This document shows, piece by piece, positions 8,660 to 17,447 of a stretch of DNA of 64,000 bases (its first letter is position 1; each line of letters begins with the position of its first letter). The translations under genes and the position numbers were made by a program. The stretch covers positions 2,779,472 to 2,843,471 of the forward strand of contig OZ244852.1 in assembly GCA_965220965.1 (NCBI GenBank), given 5' to 3'. The notes beneath the pieces are model-generated. The model worked only from the letters and a program-made list of their open reading frames with translations. It did no database searches and was not told the DNA's origin. The stretch is from Candidatus Marinacidobacterium sp. GTDB lineage: Bacteria > Acidobacteriota > Vicinamibacteria > Marinacidobacterales > Marinacidobacteraceae.

Positions 8660-9802
8660 TTACGTGGGCGCCTCTCCGAGGCGTTCGAGGATCCAGCGGT
8701 CCACCGCCCACAACTGGTCCTCGCGGTTCGAGTAGGGCCCCGGGCGGTAGGCGGACGAGCCGATCCCCGCCTGCGCCAGTTCGGACACCCGCCAGTCCTG
8801 ACGGTTCGTCGTGTCCCAGAAGTCCACCGCCGGGGCGGGATCGAACCCGGGCGCCTCGACCGCTTCCGGGGAGAACAGCCACTGGCAGCGGATGACCGTC
8901 GCGCCCACGCCTCGCGGCTCGAGGATGTAGCGCACCACGTAGTCCGGATGGAGGCACAGCATGAGGTTCGGCAGCAGGATCTCGTAGCCGATACGCCGCA
9001 GCGCCTTCCCGGTGAGTCCCGGCAGCGGCCGGCCCACGAACCGGCCGTCGGGCGACAGGGTCTCCGCTCCCTCCGCCAGGTCCATGGTGGATCCGACCGC
9101 TCCCGGCGTCAGCGGGAAGTTCTCGCCGGTGAGGTAGTGGGAGAGCTGCTGAAGCTGCGGATGGATCACCGGGCAGTGGAGGCACTCCGAGAAGTTCTGC
9201 ACCACCAGCTTCCAGTTGGCCCGCAGCTCGTAGCGCGCCGACCGCGCGGTCACGAGCGCCTCCATGCCGTAGGGCCGCACCCGGTCGGCGGCGGGTCCAA
9301 GCTGTTCCGGAAGGTCGGGTCCCTCCGGCGCCACCCGGACCCAGACCACCCCGCCCCACGTCTCGCAGGCCGCCGCCGCCAGCGGCCATTCGTTGGTTGA
9401 GAACCCCGGGACCTGATCCATGTGCGGCGCGCTGCGAAGCCGGCCGTCGAGTCCGTAGGTCCACGCGTGGTACGGGCACTGAACCGCTCCCGGCAGGCGC
9501 CCCGATCCCTCGTCCACCAGCCGGGTTCCCCGGTGGCGACAGACGTTGTGGAAGGCGCGGAACTCCCCGTCCTCGCCCCGCGCCACGAGGAGCGAGTCGC
9601 CCCCCACCTCAACGACCCGATATCCCCCTTCGCCGGCGGGGATCTCGTCCACTCCGCAGGCGGCGCTCCACATCGTCCGGTGGACCCGTTCGTTCTCCCG
9701 CTCGAAGACCTCCGGGCTCACGTAGAACCGCGCCGGGAGCGTCCTCGCCCCGGTCGGCGCGGGCGGGCGCTCGCGCGCCGCCACCCGCTCCGAAGGGCTC
9801 AC
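8660..9802 (-). CDS. Rieske [2Fe-2S] non-heme iron oxygenase, alpha-subunit-like
   Basis: It has the Rieske motif CRHRG...CPYHAW and the mononuclear-iron motif E-x2-H-x4-H (ECLHCPVIH). 380 aa, which is the size class of GbcA/Stc2/CntA-type N-demethylating oxygenases. Confidence 0.85.
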   Translation of the reverse strand: MSPSERVAARERPPAPTGARTLPARFYVSPEVFERENERVHRTMWSAACGVDEIPAGEGGYRVVEVGGDSLLVARGEDGEFRAFHNVCRHRGTRLVDEGSGRLPGAVQCPYHAWTYGLDGRLRSAPHMDQVPGFSTNEWPLAAAACETWGGVVWVRVAPEGPDLPEQLGPAADRVRPYGMEALVTARSARYELRANWKLVVQNFSECLHCPVIHPQLQQLSHYLTGENFPLTPGAVGSTMDLAEGAETLSPDGRFVGRPLPGLTGKALRRIGYEILLPNLMLCLHPDYVVRYILEPRGVGATVIRCQWLFSPEAVEAPGFDPAPAVDFWDTTNRQDWRVSELAQAGIGSSAYRPGPYSNREDQLWAVDRWILERLGEAPT

Positions 9803-11001
9803 CCGGCGGGCGCCGCCCGCTTCCGCGGCGGATCGAAGAACGGCAGCGCGGCCACCACCGACCTCGCCCGGAGCCGCTCGTACTCGACGGTGAGTTCGAT
9901 CTCCACCGGAGTTCCCGGCCGCTCGAACCCCCGGTCCACCGTCGCGAGCGCAAGCTGCCGCTTCAGCAGCGGCGACCAGACGACGCTCGTCGCCCTCCCC
10001 ACCTGCTCGCCCCCGGAATAGACCGGGACGCCCCCCCGGTCGACTTCATCCGCCATTTCCGGCGACAGATCGAACCGCCCGAAGAGCCGCTCGAACTCAT
10101 CGATCCCGGTCTCGATCCCCACGAAGAACCGCTCGGTCCCCCGGTCGCGCTCCGCCCGGAGCGCGGCGTCCCCGATGAACGGCCGCTTCTTCTTCGCGCT
10201 CACCGCCCACCCGAGTCCCATTTCGTAGGGGGTCGATTTCTGGTGCTCGGCGAGCGCCCGCTCGGCGTTCCAGAAGTCCACATCGATCAGCGGGTAGCCG
10301 GCCTCCACCCGCGCCCGGTCGAGCGCCACCATCCCCGCCGGGACGAGTCCCCGGGGCGCCCCCGCCTCCATCAGCAGGTCCCAGAGGGAAAGCGCGTGAT
10401 CGCGTTCGACCCATACCTCGTACCCCAGATCCCCGGTGTATCCGGTCCGGGTCACGACCACCGGGACGCCGCCGAGGCGGGTCTCCCGCAGACGGAAGTA
10501 CCCGACGCCCCCGAGGTCCTCGTCGGCCAGCGTCTGGAGGATGGCGAACGAGGTGGGGCCCTGGAGCGCCAGCGCGCCGTAGCGCTCGGACACGTCCTCG
10601 ATCGTCACGTCCATCCCGAAGGCGACGTCCTCGAACCACGGCAGCGTCGGGTCGACCGCGGTGGCCCGCACCAGCTCCTTCGAAATCCGCTGGAAGCACC
10701 CGTCCTGCATGAGCTTGCCCGCCGGGTCGCACCACCCCGAGTAGAGCACCTGTCCCACCCGCGAGCGGGCCACGTTCCGGGTGATCAGCCGGTCCGCGAG
10801 CGCGGTCGCGTCCCGCCCCCGGAGGTCGTACTTGTAGAGCGGCGAGACATCGAACATCGCCGTCCCCGACCGCACCGCGTGGTACTCCGGGTCATGGAAC
10901 GGATCGAACGTCTCGGCGACGAAGTAACCCGACCACTCCTTCCAGCGCAGACTCCGGCTGAGCGCCTCGGTGCGGGGATGGAAGGGGGTGCCGACGGCCA
11001 A
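9799..11001 (-). CDS. Aminomethyltransferase (GcvT/DmdA/LigM family, folate-binding)
   Basis: It has the GcvT-family N-terminus (FDVSPLYKYDLRGRDA...) and the family's C-terminal barrel. Its stop overlaps the Rieske gene start (ATGA). Confidence 0.85.
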   Translation of the reverse strand: MAVGTPFHPRTEALSRSLRWKEWSGYFVAETFDPFHDPEYHAVRSGTAMFDVSPLYKYDLRGRDATALADRLITRNVARSRVGQVLYSGWCDPAGKLMQDGCFQRISKELVRATAVDPTLPWFEDVAFGMDVTIEDVSERYGALALQGPTSFAILQTLADEDLGGVGYFRLRETRLGGVPVVVTRTGYTGDLGYEVWVERDHALSLWDLLMEAGAPRGLVPAGMVALDRARVEAGYPLIDVDFWNAERALAEHQKSTPYEMGLGWAVSAKKKRPFIGDAALRAERDRGTERFFVGIETGIDEFERLFGRFDLSPEMADEVDRGGVPVYSGGEQVGRATSVVWSPLLKRQLALATVDRGFERPGTPVEIELTVEYERLRARSVVAALPFFDPPRKRAAPAG

Positions 11002-11111
11002 TCGAGAGAGCTCCCGGAGCCTCCGGGAAGACCCGCCATTATCCCCACCCCGGACGCTCCTCCCATGGAGCGTGCAGGCGGTTGGTATCCTCGGTCCGGG
11101 AGGTCAGGACG

Positions 11112-11909
11112 ATGAGACTCTCGCCAGACCCCGCCCCGAAGCGTCTCCGAGGGCTTCTTCCGATCTTTGCGGCGGCGCTCGCGCTGGCGCCCGGGATCGC
11201 CGTCAGCCAGGAGCAGGGGCAGCGGCTCTTCGAGGTCCACTGCGCGCGCTGCCACGGGCTCGACGGAGCCGGCGGCGAGGGCCCCAGCCTCTTTCGCGAG
11301 AACCTGCGCCGCGCCACCGACGAGGAGACGATGCGCGAGATCGTGGACCGTGGGATTCCCGGGACCGACATGCCTCCGGCGAGTTCGCTGAACAGCCAGG
11401 AGATCGGAGCGGTCGCCGACTACGTGCTCTCGTTCGGCGTCGTCGCCCAGGTCGATCTGCCGGGCGATGCGGCGGCGGGCGAAGAACTGTTCACCGCCGC
11501 GGCGTGCGGGGCCTGCCATCTGGTGAACGGCGTGGGGATCGCCTTCGGGCCCGACCTCTCGGACATCGGTCTGCTGCGGGGGCCCGCGTTCCTGCGCGAG
11601 TCCATCGAGGCGCCCGAGGCCGCAGTGCTGCCCCGACATCGCACCGTCCGGATCGAGGAGGCCGGGGGCGCCCAGGTCATGGGGATCCGGGTCAACGAGG
11701 ACACCTTCTCGATTCAGGTCCTCACCCCGGCGGGCGAACTGCGGTCCTACCGCAAGGGGGAGATCCGCGAGTTCGCCCTGCTGCCCGGGGAGAGCCTGAT
11801 GATGAGCTACGCCGGCCAGTTCACCGACGCGGAGCTGGACGATCTGGTGGCGTACCTGGCTTCGCTTCGAGGCCGGAATGACGAAATGACGGGAGGCCAG
11901 CCGGAATGA
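11112..11909 (+). CDS. Di-heme c-type cytochrome
   Basis: The start was trimmed to MRLSPD..., which begins a signal peptide. It has two CxxCH motifs (CARCH, CGACH). Its stop lies 1 nt before the PQQ dehydrogenase gene. Confidence 0.8.
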   Translation: MRLSPDPAPKRLRGLLPIFAAALALAPGIAVSQEQGQRLFEVHCARCHGLDGAGGEGPSLFRENLRRATDEETMREIVDRGIPGTDMPPASSLNSQEIGAVADYVLSFGVVAQVDLPGDAAAGEELFTAAACGACHLVNGVGIAFGPDLSDIGLLRGPAFLRESIEAPEAAVLPRHRTVRIEEAGGAQVMGIRVNEDTFSIQVLTPAGELRSYRKGEIREFALLPGESLMMSYAGQFTDAELDDLVAYLASLRGRNDEMTGGQPE

Positions 11910-13552
11910 ACCGTCCGAAGATGACCCGGGGTCGCGGCGCGTGGGCGGCGGCGGCCCTCGCCGGGCTGATCCTGCCCTCGGCCGGGGTGGCCCAGGTTCC
12001 GTATTCGCGCCTCACCGGCGCGGACGCCGAGCCGCACAACTGGCTCACCTACTCGGGGAACTACCGGGCGGAACGTTTCTCCCGGCTGGACTCGATCCAC
12101 CGCGACAACGTCCACCGGCTGCGCCCGGCCTGGGTCTACCAGACGGGAACCGCCGGACGGGTCGAGGTCACTCCGCTCGTGGTGGACGGGATCATGTACA
12201 TCGCCGAGCCGCCGAGCACGATCGCGGCGCTCGACGCCCGGACCGGGCGCCGGTTGTGGCGCTACGACCCCGGCGTGCCCGATGAGACGCTGAACATCGG
12301 CTTCCCGAGGGTGAACCGGGGCGTCGCGCTGCTGGACGACGGAGTGTTCTTCGGAACGCTCGACGCCTTCGTGATGGCGCTCGACCGCTCCACCGGGGAC
12401 GTCCGCTGGCGCGTCCCGCTCGGCGACAACCGGATCGGCGTCGCGATCACCGCCGCGCCTCTCGCGGTGGACGGGAAGATCATCGTGGGCATGAGCGGCG
12501 GCGAAGCCGGAGTGCGGGGCTTCCTCGACGCCTACGACCCGGCGACCGGGGAGCGCCTGTGGCGCTTCTGGGCGGTTCCCGAGCCCGGCCAGCCGGGCGG
12601 CGACACCTGGGAGGGCGACGCCTGGAAGACCGGAGGCGGCGCCACCTGGCTGACCGGCGCCTACGACCCCGAACTGAACCTGCTCTACTGGGGCCTCGGC
12701 AACCCCGCCCCCGACTGGAACGGGGACCTGCGGCCGGGGGACAACCTGTTCACCTGCTCGATCGTGGCGATCGACGCCGACACCGGCGAGCTCCGCTGGC
12801 ACTTCCAGTTCACCCCCCACGACACCCACGACTGGGACGCCAACCAGATCCCGGTCCTGGTGGACGCCGAGTGGGAGGGTTCCCCCCGGAAGCTCGTGAT
12901 CCTCGCCAACCGGAACGCCTTCTACTACGTCCTCGACCGCGAGACGGGGCAGTTCCTCCGCGCCACCCAGTATGCGACCCAGACCTGGGCGGAGCGGATC
13001 GACGAGAACGGGCGGCCGGTCCTCATCCCGGGGATGGACCCGAGCGAGGAAGGCACGCTCGTCTGGCCGAGCCTCGCCGGCGCCACCAACTGGTACAGCC
13101 CTTCGTTCGATCCCGGGCGGAACCTGCTGTTCGTGCCCACCCGCGAGATGTCCTCCTGGTACTACAAGAGCGACGCCGAGTACGAGCCCGGCCAGCCCTT
13201 CCTCGGCGGCGGCGAGCGCCGGGTCGAGGACGAAAACACCTACGGAGCGGTTCGCGCCCTCGAGCTCGGCGGCGAGCTCCGCTGGGAGTTCCGCCAGCTC
13301 ACGCCAGCGGTCTCGGGGGTGATGGCGACCGCCGGCGACCTGGTCTTCAGCGGCACCGACGAGGGCAACATCTTCGCCCTCGACGCCGATACCGGCGAGG
13401 CGCTGTGGGACTACTACGCCGGGGGCCGGGTGCGGGCCGCTCCGATGTCGTTCGCCCTCGACGGCGAGCAGTTCATCTCGGTCGCCGCCGGGCAGTCGGT
13501 GTTCACCTTCGGGCTGGCGCCCGCCGGAGCGACGACGGAGGACCCGGAATGA
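11906..13552 (+). CDS. PQQ-dependent dehydrogenase (quinoprotein alcohol dehydrogenase family)
   Basis: It has a signal peptide and an 8-bladed PQQ propeller signature with repeated W-containing motifs. The active-site region reads ...HDTHDWDANQIP. Confidence 0.9.
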   Translation: MNRPKMTRGRGAWAAAALAGLILPSAGVAQVPYSRLTGADAEPHNWLTYSGNYRAERFSRLDSIHRDNVHRLRPAWVYQTGTAGRVEVTPLVVDGIMYIAEPPSTIAALDARTGRRLWRYDPGVPDETLNIGFPRVNRGVALLDDGVFFGTLDAFVMALDRSTGDVRWRVPLGDNRIGVAITAAPLAVDGKIIVGMSGGEAGVRGFLDAYDPATGERLWRFWAVPEPGQPGGDTWEGDAWKTGGGATWLTGAYDPELNLLYWGLGNPAPDWNGDLRPGDNLFTCSIVAIDADTGELRWHFQFTPHDTHDWDANQIPVLVDAEWEGSPRKLVILANRNAFYYVLDRETGQFLRATQYATQTWAERIDENGRPVLIPGMDPSEEGTLVWPSLAGATNWYSPSFDPGRNLLFVPTREMSSWYYKSDAEYEPGQPFLGGGERRVEDENTYGAVRALELGGELRWEFRQLTPAVSGVMATAGDLVFSGTDEGNIFALDADTGEALWDYYAGGRVRAAPMSFALDGEQFISVAAGQSVFTFGLAPAGATTEDPE

Positions 13553-14622
13553 CATCGAAAGACGCCCTCTTCCGGGCGACCGTCCGGACGGTTCCGGCGG
13601 CGCTCCTGGCGGCGGCGCTCGCCGCCGGCTGCGGCGAAGCCCCACCGGCCGAGCCCCCGCCGCCCGAGCCCTCGCCGGCGCCGCTGCTGCTCGTGAGCAA
13701 CGAAGTCGGCGGCTCCATCAGCCTCGTGGACACCGCCTCGCTCGAGGTCGTCGCCGAGATCGAGGTGGGTCGGCGCCCGCGCGGCGTCCGGGTGGCGCCG
13801 GGCGGTCGGATGGCCTACGTGGCGCTCTCCGGCTCGCCCCGCTGCCCGCCGTGGATGGACGAGGACGAGTGCGGGGAGGCCGACAAGAGCTACGACGGCA
13901 TCGCCGAAGTCGACCTCGGCGAAAGGCGGCTGCTGCGCGTCCTGCCGGGCGGATCGGACCCCGAGACGTTCGACATCACCCCCGACGGCGCGCGGCTCGT
14001 CGTCTCGAACGAGGACTCCGACGAAGCCAGCCTGGTGGATGTCGCCTCCGGCGCCGTCATCCGGACCGTCCCGGTGGGGGCGGAGCCCGAGGGGGTCCGG
14101 ATCAGCCCGGACGGGGCCCTCGCCTACGTCACCGGCGAGACCGATCACGACGTCACCGTCCTCAGCACGGCGACCGGCGACGAGATCGCCCGCATCCCGG
14201 TGGGAACCCGTCCCCGCGACGCCGTGTTCACCCGCGACGGCTCGCGGGCCTACGTTTCCGCCGAGATCGCCGGGAACGTGTCCGAGATCATCGTGACCGA
14301 GAACCGCGTCGAGCGCACGTTCACCCTGCCGGAGGGCTCGCTCAGCATGGGGGTGGCGCTCTCTCCCGACGACCGGACGCTCTACGTGGCGAACGGCCGC
14401 GCCCGGACCGTTTCGGTCATCGATCTGATGGAGGGCGTGATCACCCACGAAGTCGAGGTTGGCGAGCGCCCCTGGGGGATCATCGTCTCCGCCGACGGTT
14501 CGCGCCTCTACACCGCGAACGGCCCCTCGAACGACGTCAGCGTCCTCGACACCGCGACGCTGCAGATCCTCGCCCGGATCCCGGTGGGCGAGTCGCCCTG
14601 GGGCCTGGCGCTGACTCCCTGA
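13549..14622 (+). CDS. YVTN-family beta-propeller repeat lipoprotein
   Basis: Its ATG overlaps the PQQ-dehydrogenase stop (ATGA). It has the lipobox LAAGCG. Repeated YV(A/T)N/…VSVID motifs are present (YVALSG, VVSNEDSD, YVTGETDHDVTVL, YVANGRARTVSVID, YTANGPSNDVSVLD). Confidence 0.82.
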   Translation: MTSKDALFRATVRTVPAALLAAALAAGCGEAPPAEPPPPEPSPAPLLLVSNEVGGSISLVDTASLEVVAEIEVGRRPRGVRVAPGGRMAYVALSGSPRCPPWMDEDECGEADKSYDGIAEVDLGERRLLRVLPGGSDPETFDITPDGARLVVSNEDSDEASLVDVASGAVIRTVPVGAEPEGVRISPDGALAYVTGETDHDVTVLSTATGDEIARIPVGTRPRDAVFTRDGSRAYVSAEIAGNVSEIIVTENRVERTFTLPEGSLSMGVALSPDDRTLYVANGRARTVSVIDLMEGVITHEVEVGERPWGIIVSADGSRLYTANGPSNDVSVLDTATLQILARIPVGESPWGLALTP

Positions 14623-14649
14623 AGAGTCCCGTCGGGTAGGCCGGCCGGC

Positions 14650-15372
14650 TCAGGCGGACTCTTCGGACCGCCGCCGCGCCACGAACTCCGCGAGACTCCC
14701 GAAGCGCAGGTCGGGCTCGACGACCCCGGAGGGCCGCGCCGTCGCTCCGCCTTCGCGCCCGCCGCGGCGGTCGATCCAGGCGGTGCGAAGCCCCATCGCC
14801 TTCGCCGGAACGTGGTCGTGGAAGAGGCTCTGCGCCACATGGAGGATGTCCCCCGGCCCGGCGCCGAAGTCCTTCGCCACCCGCTCGAGCAGGAACTCGA
14901 AGTTGCGGCGCGAGGGCTTCCAGTCGCCGATCTCCTCGGCGGTGAACACCGCGTCCCACGGATCCCCGAGCCGCGCCGCGCTTCTGCTGTAGCTCTTGTG
15001 GTCGCAGTTCGTGAGCGTGATCAGCCGGTGATGCCGCTTCAGGAAGGCGAGGCCCTCCGCCGCATCCGGGAACGCCGGCCAGTCGCCGACGGAGCCCCCG
15101 AAGGCCCGGCTCTCCCGGACGTCCGGCTCGGCCCCCCACCTCAGCGCCAGCCGGTCGTGGACCACCGCAAGCAGGTCGGAGTAGAGGAGTTCCGGCCGCT
15201 CCGCCTGGACCGACGACTCGGTCTCGGCGAAGGCGGCGAGCGCCGCCTCCGGCCCGACCTGCCCCTCCAGGCGCGCGAGGAGCGGGCCGAGCGCCGCCGC
15301 GATGCCGGCCTCCCAGTCGATGAGCGTGCCGTAGGTGTCGAAGGTGAGAACCTGGAAGTCGCGGATCCGCAC
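14650..15372 (-). CDS. HAD-superfamily hydrolase, L-2-haloacid dehalogenase type II-like
   Basis: It has HAD motif I (FDTYGTLIDW) and a C-terminal K...D region. The start was trimmed to the GTG (VRIRDFQ...) from a Gly/Arg-rich ORF extension. The upstream gene stop is 15 nt away. Confidence 0.72.
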   Translation of the reverse strand: MRIRDFQVLTFDTYGTLIDWEAGIAAALGPLLARLEGQVGPEAALAAFAETESSVQAERPELLYSDLLAVVHDRLALRWGAEPDVRESRAFGGSVGDWPAFPDAAEGLAFLKRHHRLITLTNCDHKSYSRSAARLGDPWDAVFTAEEIGDWKPSRRNFEFLLERVAKDFGAGPGDILHVAQSLFHDHVPAKAMGLRTAWIDRRGGREGGATARPSGVVEPDLRFGSLAEFVARRRSEESA

Positions 15373-15386
15373 GGTGGTCAGGGAGG

Positions 15387-17447
15387 CTATCGGCCCGCGT
15401 AGAGCCGGCGGACGGCGGCGGCGAGCCGCGCCGGGAATCCGGCGTCCCCGATCGTGAGGAGCGCGTCGAGCGCGTCCTCGCGGCGGCCCTCGGCCTCCGC
15501 CACCCGTCCCAGGTTGTAGCGGACCGCGGCCTCGTCGACCGGAGCGCCCGGCCCGGTCCGGGCGGCCGCCCGCCGGAACGCCTCGCCCGCGGCCCCGTAG
15601 TCCCCGGCCCGGAAGGCCTCGAGCCCCGCAAACAGCGCCGCCGCCTCCGGCGGCTCGCTCCCGCCGTCCACCCGCCGCCAGATCCACGGTCCCTCGTTGT
15701 CCGTCGAATCACCACCCGCTTCAACGAGCTGGGACACCCGGACGACCGGCATCCGGTGCGCAACGACCGCCGGGCATTCCTCCCGGAAGCCCCCGTCGCC
15801 GGAGATCCAGCCCACGCACCCGTCGCCCTCGGGCGGGCGACGCAGGAAGAGGAATCCGTCCTCTCCCGAAACGACCCCCTCGGCGCGCCCTTCGGACGCC
15901 GCCAGCGCCTCGAGCTGGCCGCCGATCCTCCCGGCGAGGACGACCCGCGTCCCGTCGCCGCGCTCGTACTCCCGCTGGAATCCGACCGTCTCCTCCTCGA
16001 CCGCGATCCGCGTCCGGGCCCCCGGCACGGCGCGGACGATCTCCGGGTCGAGCGTCTGCGCCGCGGCGAGGCCCTCCTCGCCGAACCCCGGCCAGGCGGC
16101 GGCCAGCAGTCGCACCCGGGCCGCGTCGCCCGTCCTCAGCTCCGCGGTCAGCGGGAGGAGGCGCCGGGCGTAGGCCGCCGGATCGGCGGCTTCCCGCAGT
16201 CCGCCCCGCACCCCGCGGAGCAGCAGGTCACCGAGATCCTCCAGCGGCTCGACCCCGGCCTCCAGCGCCGGGAGGGCTTCGAGCAGGCGGGCCGGGTCGT
16301 CGGCCAGATTGACGAGCGGCGTCTGGCTGTCCGGGACCGGTGAGTCTTCGAGGAACCGGAAGAGCGCGGCCAGCGGTCGCGGCGCCCCGTCGAGCGAGAG
16401 CCGCCAGACGGAGAGGCCCGACCGCGCCACCAGGAACAGTTGCTCTCCGACGCCCGGCGGAGGGTCGAGGTCGCCCGCCGGGAACGGGACGACCGCGCGG
16501 CGGACGGAATGCCCGATCGGGCGGCCCTCGAGGCCCGACCGTCCGGCGGCGGTCCCCGGCTGCGGCCGGAACAGCCCGGCGCCGGTGAGCCCGGCGATCT
16601 GCATGAGGACCGGGAGGTCCTCGTCGGCGGAGGCGGCGAGCAGGTCCACGCTCTGGCCGCGAAGCGCGGCCTGGAGTTCCGAGACGACGCCGCCACAGCC
16701 GCCGCAACCGTCGCCGGAGAAATAGAGCAGCAGCCGCCGCCCCTCGCCGAACGACTGTTCGCTGGACCAGACCCCGCCCTCGACTGCGACCGAAGCCGGC
16801 GGAAAGACCTCGTCGAAGGGCGTGACCCCATCGGGGAGCCCGGTGCGCCGACCGCTCGCCGCGCGAAACCGGGCCCGGTCGAGCGCCGCCGCGAGCCCGG
16901 CCTCGGTCCGGAAGGCCCCGGAGTCGCGCAGCTCCGACAGGACTTCGTCGCGGGTCGCGCGGTCTTCGGCGGCGTGGGTCCACGCCTCGAGCAGCCAGGC
17001 GACCCGGTCTCCCACCGGGATCCCCGGGAGCCCGGCGAGACGCCGGTAGACCGCGGCGCCCGGAGCGAGTTCCGTCGCGCGGCGGAGTTCCTGTTCCGCC
17101 CCGGGCGCATCGCCGGCCGCGGCCAGCGCCGCCCCCAGCGTGGCGCGGTAGCGCGCCCGTTCGCCCCGGTAGGCCGCCGCCGCCGCCCCGGTGAACTCGT
17201 CGAGGACGAGCCCCCCTTCAGGGGCGACCGAGCTCCACTCCGGCGGCGAGAACTCGCGCGAAGCGGTCAGCGCGCCCCAGGCGGCCTCGACCGCGCCCGG
17301 TCCGTCCCCCGCCTCGAGGAGGCGGATTGCCTCGGCGTGTTCCGCCGCGCCCGGAGGCTGGCCGGCGGCCGCGAGCGGCGCCAGCCAGGCGGCGAGTGAA
17401 GCGGCGAGGACGACCGCGGCGCGCGCCCGCCGTCTTCCGCTCAGCAA
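15387..17447 (-). CDS. Secreted hypothetical protein (Ala-rich helical / TPR-like, contains GDGCGGCGG)
   Basis: The start was trimmed to the TTG (LLSGRRRARAAVVLAASLAAWLAPLAAA, a signal peptide) 4 nt after the aminotransferase stop. The ORF-track extension to 17879 would overlap the upstream gene by ~440 nt. Confidence 0.55.
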   Translation of the reverse strand: MLSGRRRARAAVVLAASLAAWLAPLAAAGQPPGAAEHAEAIRLLEAGDGPGAVEAAWGALTASREFSPPEWSSVAPEGGLVLDEFTGAAAAAYRGERARYRATLGAALAAAGDAPGAEQELRRATELAPGAAVYRRLAGLPGIPVGDRVAWLLEAWTHAAEDRATRDEVLSELRDSGAFRTEAGLAAALDRARFRAASGRRTGLPDGVTPFDEVFPPASVAVEGGVWSSEQSFGEGRRLLLYFSGDGCGGCGGVVSELQAALRGQSVDLLAASADEDLPVLMQIAGLTGAGLFRPQPGTAAGRSGLEGRPIGHSVRRAVVPFPAGDLDPPPGVGEQLFLVARSGLSVWRLSLDGAPRPLAALFRFLEDSPVPDSQTPLVNLADDPARLLEALPALEAGVEPLEDLGDLLLRGVRGGLREAADPAAYARRLLPLTAELRTGDAARVRLLAAAWPGFGEEGLAAAQTLDPEIVRAVPGARTRIAVEEETVGFQREYERGDGTRVVLAGRIGGQLEALAASEGRAEGVVSGEDGFLFLRRPPEGDGCVGWISGDGGFREECPAVVAHRMPVVRVSQLVEAGGDSTDNEGPWIWRRVDGGSEPPEAAALFAGLEAFRAGDYGAAGEAFRRAAARTGPGAPVDEAAVRYNLGRVAEAEGRREDALDALLTIGDAGFPARLAAAVRRLYAGR

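Noticed and set aside
8626-8660. Possible intrinsic terminator hairpin (GCCGTCCCCGCTGCTGACCGGGGCGGC) between convergent DUF4340 and Rieske genes; also GC hairpin GCGCGGGC-N6-GCCCGCGC at ~25455
   Set aside because: The stems are plausible but lack a U-tract. In high-GC genomes this cannot be judged by eye, so they are not reported as features.
9397-13645. ORFs 9397..11115 +, 10785..11639 -, 11807..13645 -, 13414..14448 -
   Set aside because: Same artefact. They shadow the Rieske, GcvT, cytochrome c, PQQ-dehydrogenase and YVTN genes and have no motifs.
14537-17110. ORFs 14537..15763 - (408 aa), 15756..16343 +, 16148..17110 -, 16440..17399 +
   Set aside because: These are alternative frames of the HAD and TPR-like genes with extreme Arg/Gly/Pro content. 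The HAD motif identifies the true frame.
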